Shown piece after piece: positions 18,822 through 29,225 of a stretch of DNA of 64,000 nucleotides. The stretch comes from Klebsiella phage KPN8: the sequence record OP079919.1; one strand, written 5' to 3'. Each line of letters opens with the position of its first letter. Within the stretch, counting starts at the first letter, position 1. The notes under the pieces are model-generated. The model did not search any database. It was not told where the DNA came from and worked only from the letters and a program-made list of their open reading frames with translations. The position numbers and the translations under genes were made by a program.

Positions 18822-20711
18822 GTGGCTACAACTCCAACTACGGGTGATATCCCCAGCAATGCTGCGGTGGACCTTAAGTTTAACTCGGAACAATTCGACC
18901 GAGTAATGAATTCTGACGATCTGACTTATACGGATCGTTTTGGTAAAAAACGTATTACAATGAAAGGGGTTCAGGAACTCGCTAATGGCTTCCAGGATAC
19001 TTTCACTAATCTGTTGGGTTCTCCCGACGGGTTCAAATTAATCGGCGGGGTTAAATCTTTTGATACCCTGAGATCGACACCAGTGAGAACCGAAGGCCAA
19101 CGTATTTTCCTCAAATCCTATTATGAAAACGGAGTTACTGGGAGTGGGATTTTTATTGGGCGCATCGGAACAAAATTAGATGACGGTGGGACAGTAGCTC
19201 AGGGAATTGGATATTACTGGGAACGTATTCCTTGGTCGAGTCTTACTGCGGAAGACTTCGGAGCAAAAGGTGACGGCGTTACTGATGATAGCTCGGCCAT
19301 ACTAGCTGCCGTGGCTTTTTCCTCAAGCACCGGAACATCGATGGGTCTTTTATCTGGCAAAACCTATGTCTTTAAAGGATCTGTTGGATTATCGATCGAC
19401 CTGGGTAAATTTTCTTTCGGTTGTTTTAACGGGAGAAGTAAACTTGATTTTTCTGCTTTCACCGGATCCAACGCAATAAATGTATTTAGTTCCCCGGGCT
19501 ACCCTACCTCCATGTACAGAAACACAACTAACAGACTGATAGGTTTGGAGGTTTACGGTGGGTTAGTTGCTGGCGTAAACGGCTTGCTGCTGGGGCACGA
19601 CGATTATTCCTACAATGGTCAAAGTGTGATAGAACACTGCGCCTTTGTCAGGTTCGATAATGTGATTCTTTGCGGCAAGAACACATGGCGAACTAAGTTT
19701 ATTTGTTGTACAGTCTCCACCGGAATAACCTCGGTCTTTAATGCGCCTGCGGGATTAGAGAATTCAGGAGAATCGGTGACGTTCTCCGGATCGCAAATTA
19801 GCGATTCAAACGGAGCCCCTATTATTGTTAACTGTGCTAGTTTTTCCCTGGGGCTTGTCGGGGGGACTTCAGTACTAAATACACGCATCCTCATTAACGC
19901 CCAAGGCGCGACGGTACTGATGGATGACATGGGTAACGAAGAAAACCCGGGTCAGCAGGGCTTTTATGTTTACGCTGATGTTAAAGGCGCGGGAGCCCGA
20001 CTAATTATCACCAGTTCTACGATAGTTTGCAATAACCCATCAGCTCAAACTAAATCTTTGTTTAATGTCGATCAAAACGCATACATCATCCTTAACAATG
20101 TAAAAATGCAAGGTAATGGTTATAAATTCGAAGTAGATCCGACAGGCGACCAGGTTGGGAAATGGATTAGCGGGAAAGGTAAAGTCTTGGTATCTGGGGT
20201 TACGGGCGATCCGTTATCAGGGGCAGGAAATATCCCAATCCACGAATCGTTGTCACCGATCAGGAACTGGAACTTTGATTCGGGAGATCTGAGCGATTGG
20301 ACCATCAATAATTCAGGATCCGCATCCCAAACCGGAGTGGTCGGTACGGCGTATAAAAAAGTAGGGGATTACGGCCTTCGTCTTACTTCAGTGGCCGGCC
20401 TTAATGTTTTTGCTACCTCTTCTTTCCCTGTGAGACCTGGCGGGTATTATAAAACAAGTTTCTGGGCCAAAGTAGTTACCGCCAACTCAGGTGCGACTAG
20501 TGCCGGCAACCTCACCCTGTCGTTCAAAACAGCTTCCGGAGTACAAATAATCTCACAAACCGCCAATCTTCCTTCCGCGGTCACTGATTGGGCTGTTTAT
20601 GGCGCATTCATTTGTGGGGACGTCCCTGTAGGGGCTGTCACTGCTGAGATAAGTCTGAGAGCGTCTTCCGGAGCTGTGGTTGATTTCGACGCGGTTCTTT
20701 TTAATTTTTAA
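18822..20711 (+). CDS. tail spike protein 6 (pectate-lyase-3-like depolymerase with C-terminal carbohydrate-binding-like domain)
   Basis: GTG start. Conserved N-terminus MATTPTTGDIPSNAAVDLKFNSEQFDRVMNSDDLTYTDRFGKKRIT. Motif AEDFGAKGDGVTDDSSAILAAV. C-terminal about 150 aa (NWNFDSGDLSDWT...GYYKTSFWAKV) resembles CBM4/9-type domains. Confidence 0.75.
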   Translation: MATTPTTGDIPSNAAVDLKFNSEQFDRVMNSDDLTYTDRFGKKRITMKGVQELANGFQDTFTNLLGSPDGFKLIGGVKSFDTLRSTPVRTEGQRIFLKSYYENGVTGSGIFIGRIGTKLDDGGTVAQGIGYYWERIPWSSLTAEDFGAKGDGVTDDSSAILAAVAFSSSTGTSMGLLSGKTYVFKGSVGLSIDLGKFSFGCFNGRSKLDFSAFTGSNAINVFSSPGYPTSMYRNTTNRLIGLEVYGGLVAGVNGLLLGHDDYSYNGQSVIEHCAFVRFDNVILCGKNTWRTKFICCTVSTGITSVFNAPAGLENSGESVTFSGSQISDSNGAPIIVNCASFSLGLVGGTSVLNTRILINAQGATVLMDDMGNEENPGQQGFYVYADVKGAGARLIITSSTIVCNNPSAQTKSLFNVDQNAYIILNNVKMQGNGYKFEVDPTGDQVGKWISGKGKVLVSGVTGDPLSGAGNIPIHESLSPIRNWNFDSGDLSDWTINNSGSASQTGVVGTAYKKVGDYGLRLTSVAGLNVFATSSFPVRPGGYYKTSFWAKVVTANSGATSAGNLTLSFKTASGVQIISQTANLPSAVTDWAVYGAFICGDVPVGAVTAEISLRASSGAVVDFDAVLFNF

Positions 20712-20764
20712 TGGTGAGCTAGGGGAGGGGGCGCCCTCCTCCCTTATTTATGAGGTTTCTAAAA

Positions 20765-22480
20765 ATGACCACGCCTACCAATAATGACATTCCGAGCAGT
20801 TCGGTACAAGATAGGTTGTATAACGCCGAGAAATTTGATGAATTCATGAATTCATCGAACACTAATTTCACTGATCGCAAAGGAGTTTCACGATGGACAC
20901 TAAGCGGAATCAGAACTGTTATAAGTAACTGGATGACGAGTCTGAGTAGCAATGCAGGCGGAAACACCATAAAGGTCGATAATGCGCTACTACCAGACTT
21001 GGACTATGCGCCGAGCATTTTTAGATTTATGACCGACGCAGATATCGATTCGATGAAGAACACTCTGGGTAGCGAAGTTCCTGTCGATTACGCCTTACAA
21101 GCAGTTATCGATGCCGGTTATAAGTCAGTCAGATTCCCCCACAACGTTAAGGGCATCTATATTCTTTCTGGGTTGGTAACACTCCCTTCAGCCTTCACAA
21201 TCTTTGGAACGTGTTCCAAACCATATAGTAGTATTACCGACTCTTCCTTCTTAAATAAAGGGGTGACTTTACGTAAAGCCGTCGGGGCGGATTATCTGTT
21301 CGGAGCCGGTTCGGTATTCAGAATTTATGGGTGTAATCTAGATGGAAGAGACAACCTTCGCCCTCTAATCAACCAGACCAATCAAATACGCGGCGGAATA
21401 TTAGAAGATTGCGGGATCTACCGTTTTCTTTATGGAGTCGGGAGTTATGGTTACACCTCTATTGTTGTTAAACGATCATCCATTTGTTCAAATAACATAG
21501 GAATAAGGAACCTTATCGACAGCCGTATTATGGACGTTACCCTCAATGCCAATAAAGGTAACGGGGTCGATAACCAGGTCGGGGCCAATAATAATATTTT
21601 TGAAAACGTCAGGAATGAATGGAATGAAGGGATAGGGTATTATTTTTATGGGTCGGTGGGGAACATCATTACTGGTGAACTTATTGATAGATCTGGTTCG
21701 GCCAATGTTGTCGTCCTGGCCGGTGGATCCGCATTGATTTCAGGGGTTATCTCCCAACGACCCGCTCGTACGTTGAGTGAGGACTCAAGTTATAACACTC
21801 ATTTCTATGTGGCCGGAAGTAAATCAAAACTTTGTTTATCCGGTGTAACTACGGCAACGGGCATTGACGACGGGGGTACCGGAACTTTAACGCCACAAAG
21901 GACAATCGTGATAGGCGGGACGAATACCGACGTGACCGTTCTTTCTAGCGGGTGCGATTTATCGGGAAGTATTCTCTCGCCGTTAAGATTCGACGTTACT
22001 CCAGCTACGGTAGGATTTAGAAACAATATTGGCGTTGACGACTGGGTTAACACCGGGCAATATCAGTTCATCAAAGGAAGAGCGTCGATCGGTAGTCAGA
22101 AAAATGCGGTGATCTTGGCCAGTGGTGTGGGGAGTACCGCGACGTTAGTTTTTGATAACACAGGGTTCGTCGACCCCACTTCTAATTTCCCCGATATACC
22201 TAAGAAACGAAAAATTATCATAGAAAGCATGACTTCGGTATCGGCTTCCAGAACTGTAGGTTTTTATGAAGTTTCGTTATTGACCAGGCGTTTCTCTAGC
22301 ACTGCCGGTTTTGATGTCTTACAGGAAACATCTTATCCTGCTGGAGCGTGGGCGCGGACTACCGCAACTGGTGTTTCTATAAACATTGCCCTCTCAGCGG
22401 ACGCCAAACAGATAACAGTTACGCTAACCAACGTAGATGGCGTCGGAAGATTTATAGATGCTGCTCTTAAGTGGGATTAA
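20765..22480 (+). CDS. tail spike protein 7
   Basis: Start at MTTPTNNDIPSSSVQDRLYNAEKFDEFMNS. Full-length diverged paralogue of spike 8. Confidence 0.7.
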   Translation: MTTPTNNDIPSSSVQDRLYNAEKFDEFMNSSNTNFTDRKGVSRWTLSGIRTVISNWMTSLSSNAGGNTIKVDNALLPDLDYAPSIFRFMTDADIDSMKNTLGSEVPVDYALQAVIDAGYKSVRFPHNVKGIYILSGLVTLPSAFTIFGTCSKPYSSITDSSFLNKGVTLRKAVGADYLFGAGSVFRIYGCNLDGRDNLRPLINQTNQIRGGILEDCGIYRFLYGVGSYGYTSIVVKRSSICSNNIGIRNLIDSRIMDVTLNANKGNGVDNQVGANNNIFENVRNEWNEGIGYYFYGSVGNIITGELIDRSGSANVVVLAGGSALISGVISQRPARTLSEDSSYNTHFYVAGSKSKLCLSGVTTATGIDDGGTGTLTPQRTIVIGGTNTDVTVLSSGCDLSGSILSPLRFDVTPATVGFRNNIGVDDWVNTGQYQFIKGRASIGSQKNAVILASGVGSTATLVFDNTGFVDPTSNFPDIPKKRKIIIESMTSVSASRTVGFYEVSLLTRRFSSTAGFDVLQETSYPAGAWARTTATGVSINIALSADAKQITVTLTNVDGVGRFIDAALKWD

Positions 22481-22504
22481 GTAGCTAAATTCCTTATTAG
22501 TAGT

Positions 22505-22580
22505 GGAATTGGGGTGTTTTTAACCAACTTACCATTGTCTTTTGCCTCCACCCCAATTCAGTCAAATAAAGGGTTCAATG
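22505..22580 (+). repeat. conserved upstream element, copy B (no homopolymer; CCTCCACCCCAATT)
   Basis: Aligns with 10081..10160. Confidence 0.8.
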
Positions 22581-24311
22581 ATGACCGCACCGACTAATAA
22601 CAATGTACCGAGTAGCTCGGTTCAAGACAGATTGTACAATGCTGAAAAATTCGATGAATTTATGAATTCGGATAATCCCAATTATACCGATCGTAAGGGG
22701 AACTCCCGCTGGACTCTGAATGGGATAAGAATAGCCATATCCAATTGGATGACGTCATTGGGTACGTCAGTCGGGTCAGCCTATATTGGTAAAGGAAACG
22801 ATACTGTATCCAATCTTTTAGAGGCCTCCATCACTGAATATCTCACCGCTGAAGATCAAAATACACTCAGAAGTTCGTTGGGGGCGGAAGTCAATGTAGA
22901 TTATGCTTTAAAGGCAGCGATCGACGCAGGTATTCTCCGATTAAGATTCCCTAGGATGATAGGGATTTATGTTCTGGGCGCCGACCCTGTTACCCTTCCA
23001 ATAGGCTTTTCTATGGTCGGGGATAGAACCAGGTTATATACAGCGCCTTCCGATTCTACCTTTCTTAACAAGGGTACTGTGCTAAGATTAAGTTCCGGAG
23101 CCTCTTCGCTGTTCTTGTTAACTCAAAAGCATCAGTTTAGCGGAATTAATTTCGATGGCCGTGATAAAACGGTTAACTTAATGAAAGGAGCGGACCAAAC
23201 TCAATTCTGTAGGTTCTATAATTGCGGAATCCATCGATGGTTAAACGGATTGGGCGGATCTTCTTCAGGCGGATATACGGCTACACTTTCAGTATCTTTT
23301 TGTGATATTTCTGGAAATTATCGGGGCGTGCGTAATCTTATCGATTCCAAAATATCGGATAGTACCATTAACGCCAATGACACCAATGGGGTCGAACTTA
23401 ACGTAGGCGCCAATAACAACGTCTTTATTAATGTCAGAAACGAATGGAACAATGGCGTTAACTACTACGGGTATGGGGGTAAGCGCAACATCGTCGTCGG
23501 GGAGCTATGCGATCGAGCCGGACTCAACGGAATTGTTGCTGCGGGAGGCGCCCAGTGGTCCCTCGAAGGAGTGAATGTGCAGCGTTCGGGCAGGCTCGCC
23601 ACCCAGGGATCTGTCGACGACGCCCATTTCTATGTGACTGGTGAAGGATCATCTATCATAATGAGCGGAGTTTACACAACTCAAGGCTCTGACGATACAG
23701 GGGGTGGGAGAGTCTCCCCGTCGTACACTCTGGCTGGTGGAGGAAATTCATCTGACACGAAAACATTCTCGGCCGTGAACAGCGTCTTGAGCGGATTTGG
23801 GGTTTCAGCGATAAGACCTGGGTCCTCCACTTTCTCTAATATGAGCGTTGTGGGTTGTAACGGCTTTTACGATAGAATATCCGGAAACACAATAAATTTC
23901 TACGAAGGAAACTTCTCTTTGGGGAAAAGGGCTTCGTCGTTGAGTTTAAGTGGAACGGGTTCTACGGCACAGATCACATTCCCTACAACAGACTCGTTTC
24001 CGCAATACAGGGTGGGTTTTACCAGACAGTTGCATATAACAGCTAGGAACAACATCAATACGGGATCGGTCGCTTATTACAACGTCCCGCTATTCTTTTA
24101 TAGAGAACAATCGACCGCCGTTGTGCGAGCGAATACAAGTAAAGAAGAAACAATGGTGACCCTCAGCGGAGGAACTTGGGGTTTAACCGCGGCGTCCCCG
24201 ACCGGGGTCGCTATTGACCTGGCGGTTTCTTCTGATGGCCTGACGTTAACCGTAACGCTGACAGCCATCGATAACTCATCAAGAATCATTGATGTGGAAC
24301 TGAGGGCTTAA
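22578..24311 (+). CDS. tail spike protein 8
   Basis: Start at MMTAPTNNNVPSSSVQDRLYNAEKFDEFMNS, matching the position of spike 2's start within the conserved element. Confidence 0.7.
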   Translation: MMTAPTNNNVPSSSVQDRLYNAEKFDEFMNSDNPNYTDRKGNSRWTLNGIRIAISNWMTSLGTSVGSAYIGKGNDTVSNLLEASITEYLTAEDQNTLRSSLGAEVNVDYALKAAIDAGILRLRFPRMIGIYVLGADPVTLPIGFSMVGDRTRLYTAPSDSTFLNKGTVLRLSSGASSLFLLTQKHQFSGINFDGRDKTVNLMKGADQTQFCRFYNCGIHRWLNGLGGSSSGGYTATLSVSFCDISGNYRGVRNLIDSKISDSTINANDTNGVELNVGANNNVFINVRNEWNNGVNYYGYGGKRNIVVGELCDRAGLNGIVAAGGAQWSLEGVNVQRSGRLATQGSVDDAHFYVTGEGSSIIMSGVYTTQGSDDTGGGRVSPSYTLAGGGNSSDTKTFSAVNSVLSGFGVSAIRPGSSTFSNMSVVGCNGFYDRISGNTINFYEGNFSLGKRASSLSLSGTGSTAQITFPTTDSFPQYRVGFTRQLHITARNNINTGSVAYYNVPLFFYREQSTAVVRANTSKEETMVTLSGGTWGLTAASPTGVAIDLAVSSDGLTLTVTLTAIDNSSRIIDVELRA

Positions 24312-24378
24312 GGTTATTTCCTACGAAGTGTTAATGCTATGAAGGTAAGGAGTTAACCCACACACAGCAGGTACTTAT

Positions 24379-25152
24379 ATGCATAATCGTAGTGTTAAGC
24401 GTGCTAACCGCGACGCTCGTCGCGAAGCAAGACGTCAAGATAAGTCCCAAAGTAGCCAACTGAAACTGGTGGACAGCAATTTCAGTGAAGTAAATCTACC
24501 TCTTGCAAAAGCTGATCGGAGTAAGATTGAGCCGAAAAACCCAATGCAGCAAAAATATTGGGATGGGTTACATGCCCACGATGTTGTCATCGGTATAGGG
24601 GAAGCGGGTAGCGGTAAAACGTTCCTCCCAACTTGTTATGCCGCGGAACGTCTGATGGCTAAAGACGTGGAAAAGATCATCGTTACACGGCCAGTTTTAC
24701 AGGCCGATGAAGATCTGGGTTTTCTCCCCGGGGATGTTAATGAGAAATTCGCACCTTACTTCCGACCGGTCTACGATATCTTACTGAAACGCCTGGGTGG
24801 TGGAATGCTCAACTATTGCATGAAGCCTGGCGTGGAGAAAGTTGAAGTCGCCCCCTTTGCTTTTATGAGAGGTCGTACTTTTTCTGACTCAGTAGTGATT
24901 CTTGACGAAGCGCAAAACGTTACAGTCATGCAGATGAAAATGTTCATCACTCGTATGGGTGAGAACACTACGGTAATCATCAACGGCGACCTTACCCAGT
25001 GCGATCTTCCTAAAGGAGTTAAATCCGGTCTGGAAGATCTGCTGGAACGCATCGAACGAGATCCTGAAAATGGATTCCCGGTTTATCGTTTCAACGCCGC
25101 TGATAGTGTGCGGTCAGATATTTGCTCCAAAGCCCTGAAGCTTTACAAATAA
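24379..25152 (+). CDS. phoH: PhoH-like ATPase
   Basis: Walker A GEAGSGKTF, Walker B VVILDEAQN, and the conserved PhoH core LQADEDLGFLPGD. Confidence 0.85.
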   Translation: MHNRSVKRANRDARREARRQDKSQSSQLKLVDSNFSEVNLPLAKADRSKIEPKNPMQQKYWDGLHAHDVVIGIGEAGSGKTFLPTCYAAERLMAKDVEKIIVTRPVLQADEDLGFLPGDVNEKFAPYFRPVYDILLKRLGGGMLNYCMKPGVEKVEVAPFAFMRGRTFSDSVVILDEAQNVTVMQMKMFITRMGENTTVIINGDLTQCDLPKGVKSGLEDLLERIERDPENGFPVYRFNAADSVRSDICSKALKLYK

Positions 25153-25158
25153 GTCCTA

Positions 25159-25192
25159 ATAACTCCTATTCCCTTATCGGGAATAGGAGTTA
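25159..25192 (+). terminator. terminator hairpin TAACTCCTATTCCC-TTATCG-GGAATAGGAGTTA plus TTTTAAAC
   Basis: 14-bp stem. Member of the ACTCCTA...TAGGAGT hairpin family. Confidence 0.75.
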
Positions 25193-25242
25193 TTTTAAAC
25201 GCGCCACGGCCATTTATGAACTTTTCATAAGAGACTGTAATC

Positions 25243-25710
25243 ATGAACCTCATGTACGATAATTACTACGGAAAAGAAATAATTGGATTGGGTTTAGAGG
25301 GAGAAGTCATCACAATGTTAAATTTGGCGATGACTGACATTAATCACTTCGCTAAGAAAAGTATCGCTAAAGACATCAACCCCTATCCGTTCAATCTGGA
25401 AGATTTTAAACACAACCGTTTAAACGAACACTACTTCCTCGTTTTTGATGGGAAGAAAATAGCGTCGATTCTATCCGTCGTTTACGCTTTAGAGCATCAT
25501 CTCAAAATAGCTAAAATCTTTAACGTTTATACGTTACCGGAGTATCGCCATAAAGGGCTTGCTAAACGCAACCTAATCGCCGCTATCGTGTCGGCAAGAT
25601 CAAATGGGTACATTGTGCAGTTAAACGTTTACAGGTCTAATAAAGCCGCTCAGAGGCTTTACAAGAGCCTTAAATTTAAACCCGTCGAATACACTATGCA
25701 GCTCGGTTAA
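25243..25710 (+). CDS. GNAT-family N-acetyltransferase
   Basis: Motif A LPEYRHKGLAKRNLIAAI and downstream YxxLGF-like KSLKFKPVEY. Confidence 0.6.
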   Translation: MNLMYDNYYGKEIIGLGLEGEVITMLNLAMTDINHFAKKSIAKDINPYPFNLEDFKHNRLNEHYFLVFDGKKIASILSVVYALEHHLKIAKIFNVYTLPEYRHKGLAKRNLIAAIVSARSNGYIVQLNVYRSNKAAQRLYKSLKFKPVEYTMQLG

Positions 25711-25810
25711 TTTTAACGACCATAATGTTTTATTGGTAATAAACGAGAATACGTTGTTTTAAACATCGGTTTGAAATAACACGTTCTCATTTTAAACTGT
25801 AAAATAAAAG

Positions 25811-26608
25811 GTGAATGGAATGAAAGTGACTAAAGAAGAATTGATTGAACGCTTTAATCTAGTAATAGAAAAAGAAGATATTAATTTCAGTGATGGGAGT
25901 GATTCGCTTAAACTGGTCTTAGACAACCCTAAGATGACCTCTCAGGCGTTCGAGAATATAGTGGGGTGGTTAACAGAGATCCTATTCGTTGGGAGCAACC
26001 TGATACATATTAGCGAAGAAACATCATTAACTGGCGTGATTTTCTTAAACGATTTAACAAGCTACTCCAAAAAACTTCATTTAAATAACTCCCGGGTTCA
26101 TCGCACCAATATTTCAAATTTGGCTCAGTGCACCATTGCCGACTCCAAACTCCAAGATGTTTCGATTACGTCGAACGGGGAATTTGGGGAAGGAATTACT
26201 ATTAAATACAGTGATCTTATCGGCTGCGATTTGGTCAATGACTTTATTGATCACAGTTATATCATCAACAGAGATTTGACCGGAAGAACGACTTTGAGGA
26301 ATTGCCGAGTTGCGCACTCCAGACTTTTCTTTGGACTGCAAACGATAACGAATAAAAGATTCTCGTCCGTTATTATCGACGCCCCTCAATTTAGCGGCGA
26401 TTATTTCTCCATCGGATTAAATGGAGAAAGCACCGTAGGGTATATCAATGGAACCGAAAAAGTCATCGTAGCGGGTGAGAAGAGATATAACCTGGGGAGT
26501 TGGGAAGAACAATTTGTTAAGAAAGAACAAAATTTATTCATTAAAATGATGAATCAAAAGAAATTAGAAATGATGAATATGTTCTTCGATAGTTTGGCGT
26601 TTAAATAA
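25811..26608 (+). CDS. hypothetical protein (265 aa)
   Basis: SD AAAGGTGAATGGAATG upstream. No clear motif. Confidence 0.5.
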   Translation: MNGMKVTKEELIERFNLVIEKEDINFSDGSDSLKLVLDNPKMTSQAFENIVGWLTEILFVGSNLIHISEETSLTGVIFLNDLTSYSKKLHLNNSRVHRTNISNLAQCTIADSKLQDVSITSNGEFGEGITIKYSDLIGCDLVNDFIDHSYIINRDLTGRTTLRNCRVAHSRLFFGLQTITNKRFSSVIIDAPQFSGDYFSIGLNGESTVGYINGTEKVIVAGEKRYNLGSWEEQFVKKEQNLFIKMMNQKKLEMMNMFFDSLAFK

Positions 26609-26613
26609 TAAAG

Positions 26614-26650
26614 TTTTACTCTACCTCGCGATATCGCGAGGTAGAGTAAA
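26614..26650. terminator. bidirectional terminator (TTTACTCTACCTCGCGATATCGCGAGGTAGAGTAAA) between convergent genes
   Basis: Perfect 17-bp stem between the + strand gene ending at 26608 and the - strand gene ending at 26655. Confidence 0.7.
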
Positions 26651-26654
26651 TTGT

Positions 26655-29225
26655 TTAACTTACATAAATGGAAGTTAACGATAACTGAGAGAATATCCCT
26701 GAAATGTACGCCTGAACGCCTCGTGTCCCTACGGTGTAGCGATCAATAAAACTATTCATTTGGGTCGAACTAGTTCCTGAATAGTCAGTCCCTGAAACCG
26801 ACACGGAGGTTGTTCCCGATAGAGTATTGACTGAACTGGTAATATTAGTGGCGATGGATCTCGCCAAAATACCACTTCCGGGATAGTCAATTTTAAAAAC
26901 ATCAAAAAAGGTATTACCGGATTGCAAATGGGTGGCCTGCAGACAATTTCCTTTGGCCACATACAAAGCGCCGGACCAACTGCTATTATTTACTCCGGTA
27001 TTCCAGATCATCAGAGAAGAAATTGGTGTACCTGAGTTATTATAATAGGAGCAGTCACTTAACCGGAACCATTGGGCTAAATTCAAATTAGATGATGTGA
27101 CCGAACTTAACGAGTAGTCGCCGGAAAAACTTACCCCTGACGCTTTCAGTCTGTGAAGGAACGCCGAATCGGCGGTCGTTAAAGGCAAATTAGTCCCTGA
27201 TTTGACACTCCCTCCCCTCATGTTAATTTCTACACGTTGATTGGCTTCCTGGGTGCCGTCGTTGGTAATGAACCTTGATAACTCACAGTCGTTGAAATTA
27301 TAGGACCCCCTTTGTGAGATTCTCACTAGGGTGGGGGTGCCGTTGTAATTGGGGTTGTGTAATCTCCTAGCGTCGAGCCTGATATTGTGTTGAAATCCGT
27401 AAGATGGACGTTTGATAATTAAATTATCCACCCCTACGTTGTTCATACTGACTTTCATGTCGATAGGTTCGAACATAGTGTCGGTCGATGCAGAAGTATT
27501 GCTTGCCCTGGGCTTCGTGTTGGTGAAATCAATTTTTAACGTCCCGCCGGCGGCGTAGGTAACGTTGTCAAATCGAATATTCATAGGAGGAGTAACCGTT
27601 CCGTCGCGGTTTATCCAATAAATATTTTGAAGGCAACTAGAAGCTTCCGGAGTCTCAATAGTCAAGCCATCAATATCTATTTTATTAAATAGCTCACCGG
27701 CCATCTGAGACCCAGTAGGTAAAGAAGTGTAATTATCGGCGGCTCCCTGTACAATGGACCCTTCTCCATTGGACGCTAAACTGTAATATTTCCAAAATCC
27801 TCTGACCCTGACGTTACGCATAATCAGCGTCCCATCGGTGATTCCTCCGGAAGTAGTCCTGGCCTGCACAAGTGAAGGGAAAAGAAATTTTCCGTAGTAA
27901 GGGTCTCCGGATCCTCTCCCCAGTTCGTATACTGTGTCAAGTATCTCGAGAGTTGAGTTTTTAGTACCTAAGAAAACAGCAGCTCCGTCACCAATCTTGC
28001 AGTTTACAAGTTTGTAATATCCGATGCTTGGGTTATGGCTATCGAAGTTGTTGGCCGAGCAATTATCAAAAATGGTATCGGCTATCCAACCGGCCGCGGA
28101 TATCGACCCCCATCCGTAGCCAAACGCGTTTACGTTTCTTACGTATAACTTCGCCCCCCACCCATGGTGGAGTGTGTAAGATGCATAAGTGGTCGTTTGA
28201 TCCGAGGAAGAAAAGGAAGCGGTTGGGTGAGCGTCGTAGATGAAATCCACGTAGGTGTTGTAGTAATACTGAATGTCGATAACGTGACGTGATCCTATTT
28301 CCGTAATCGGTTTATTGAGTATTCTCCCCTCTTTTATGATCAAGTTGGACACATAAAAGAACTGGAAGAATATAGGTCTAGGCCCATAACGATAGTCGAC
28401 GTCCGGCATAATAAATTCACTGAAACCAGCCTGGATAGGTAGCGCCGATATGCTAGTAATCGACGTCCCGTTGTAAGGGAAGACGTTATCCATTTTGCCG
28501 TTAGCACTTATCCTGGTTACGTGAGCGAGTTTCTGAGTTTTTGCGCCAGCTTGGGTTTGTGTGCTATTATAAACATATAGGTCGTCTGAAAAATTCATAA
28601 TGACCATGCTGTCGTTTAAAGTCGTGTCCGATCCCAACGAATCTAAACAACCGTTTCCGCTTAAGAAGTCTGTGGAGGCATTAGTATTTAACTTAGTTAC
28701 CACGGAAGATCCGGAGGCATGGTTAACTAATCCGCTCGATTGAGAGATCCAGAAAGTCCCGGTAAAATCAGCCGCCGGAATAATTTTCATTCCCCCTAAA
28801 TCGGTCTTCTTATTATCGATGATCCAGTTAAACTTGGCGTTACCGGAAATCAAGTACTCACCAGATTTTTGTTTTATAGGAATGCCCGTCAATGTCGACA
28901 ATTGAATAAGGGCTAAAAGTTTGTCGGTGACGTCAACATCCCCCGTGTTCTCTATACCAAACATGTCACAGGAAAGAAATGTTTGAAGGTTAGAGACTTT
29001 ACCTCCATAAGGAAGATTTATAATTGACGACCCGTCCCCTCCGGTTAAAACATTCAGGGTTTCCTGGACGGCCGCCGCTACCCCCTTAGCGGTCAATCTC
29101 TGGTTACCAAAACGATCAGTATAGGTATTCTCATCGGAATTAATGATCTCATCTAACTTTTCGGCATTAAATCTAACATCTATAGCGGTGCTACTGGGTA
29201 TACCATTTTGTGTTGGAGTCGTCAT
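26655..29225 (-). CDS. tail spike protein 9 (856 aa) on the opposite strand
   Basis: N-terminus MTTPTQNGIPSSTAIDVRFNAEKLDEIINSDENTYTDRFGNQRLT, the same anchor as spikes 1-8. Long N/S/T/G-rich beta-helix-like body. Confidence 0.75.
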   Translation of the reverse strand: MTTPTQNGIPSSTAIDVRFNAEKLDEIINSDENTYTDRFGNQRLTAKGVAAAVQETLNVLTGGDGSSIINLPYGGKVSNLQTFLSCDMFGIENTGDVDVTDKLLALIQLSTLTGIPIKQKSGEYLISGNAKFNWIIDNKKTDLGGMKIIPAADFTGTFWISQSSGLVNHASGSSVVTKLNTNASTDFLSGNGCLDSLGSDTTLNDSMVIMNFSDDLYVYNSTQTQAGAKTQKLAHVTRISANGKMDNVFPYNGTSITSISALPIQAGFSEFIMPDVDYRYGPRPIFFQFFYVSNLIIKEGRILNKPITEIGSRHVIDIQYYYNTYVDFIYDAHPTASFSSSDQTTTYASYTLHHGWGAKLYVRNVNAFGYGWGSISAAGWIADTIFDNCSANNFDSHNPSIGYYKLVNCKIGDGAAVFLGTKNSTLEILDTVYELGRGSGDPYYGKFLFPSLVQARTTSGGITDGTLIMRNVRVRGFWKYYSLASNGEGSIVQGAADNYTSLPTGSQMAGELFNKIDIDGLTIETPEASSCLQNIYWINRDGTVTPPMNIRFDNVTYAAGGTLKIDFTNTKPRASNTSASTDTMFEPIDMKVSMNNVGVDNLIIKRPSYGFQHNIRLDARRLHNPNYNGTPTLVRISQRGSYNFNDCELSRFITNDGTQEANQRVEINMRGGSVKSGTNLPLTTADSAFLHRLKASGVSFSGDYSLSSVTSSNLNLAQWFRLSDCSYYNNSGTPISSLMIWNTGVNNSSWSGALYVAKGNCLQATHLQSGNTFFDVFKIDYPGSGILARSIATNITSSVNTLSGTTSVSVSGTDYSGTSSTQMNSFIDRYTVGTRGVQAYISGIFSQLSLTSIYVS

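Noticed and set aside
8196-24311. Possible diversity-generating retroelement acting on the tail spikes
   Set aside because: No reverse-transcriptase motif (YxDD) was found in any ORF in the window. The repeated DNA is the shared N-terminal anchor, not a template/variable repeat pair at the 3' end.
25811-26608. Pentapeptide-repeat or tail-fibre-assembly assignment for the gene between GNAT and spike 9
   Set aside because: No convincing repeat periodicity or chaperone motif.
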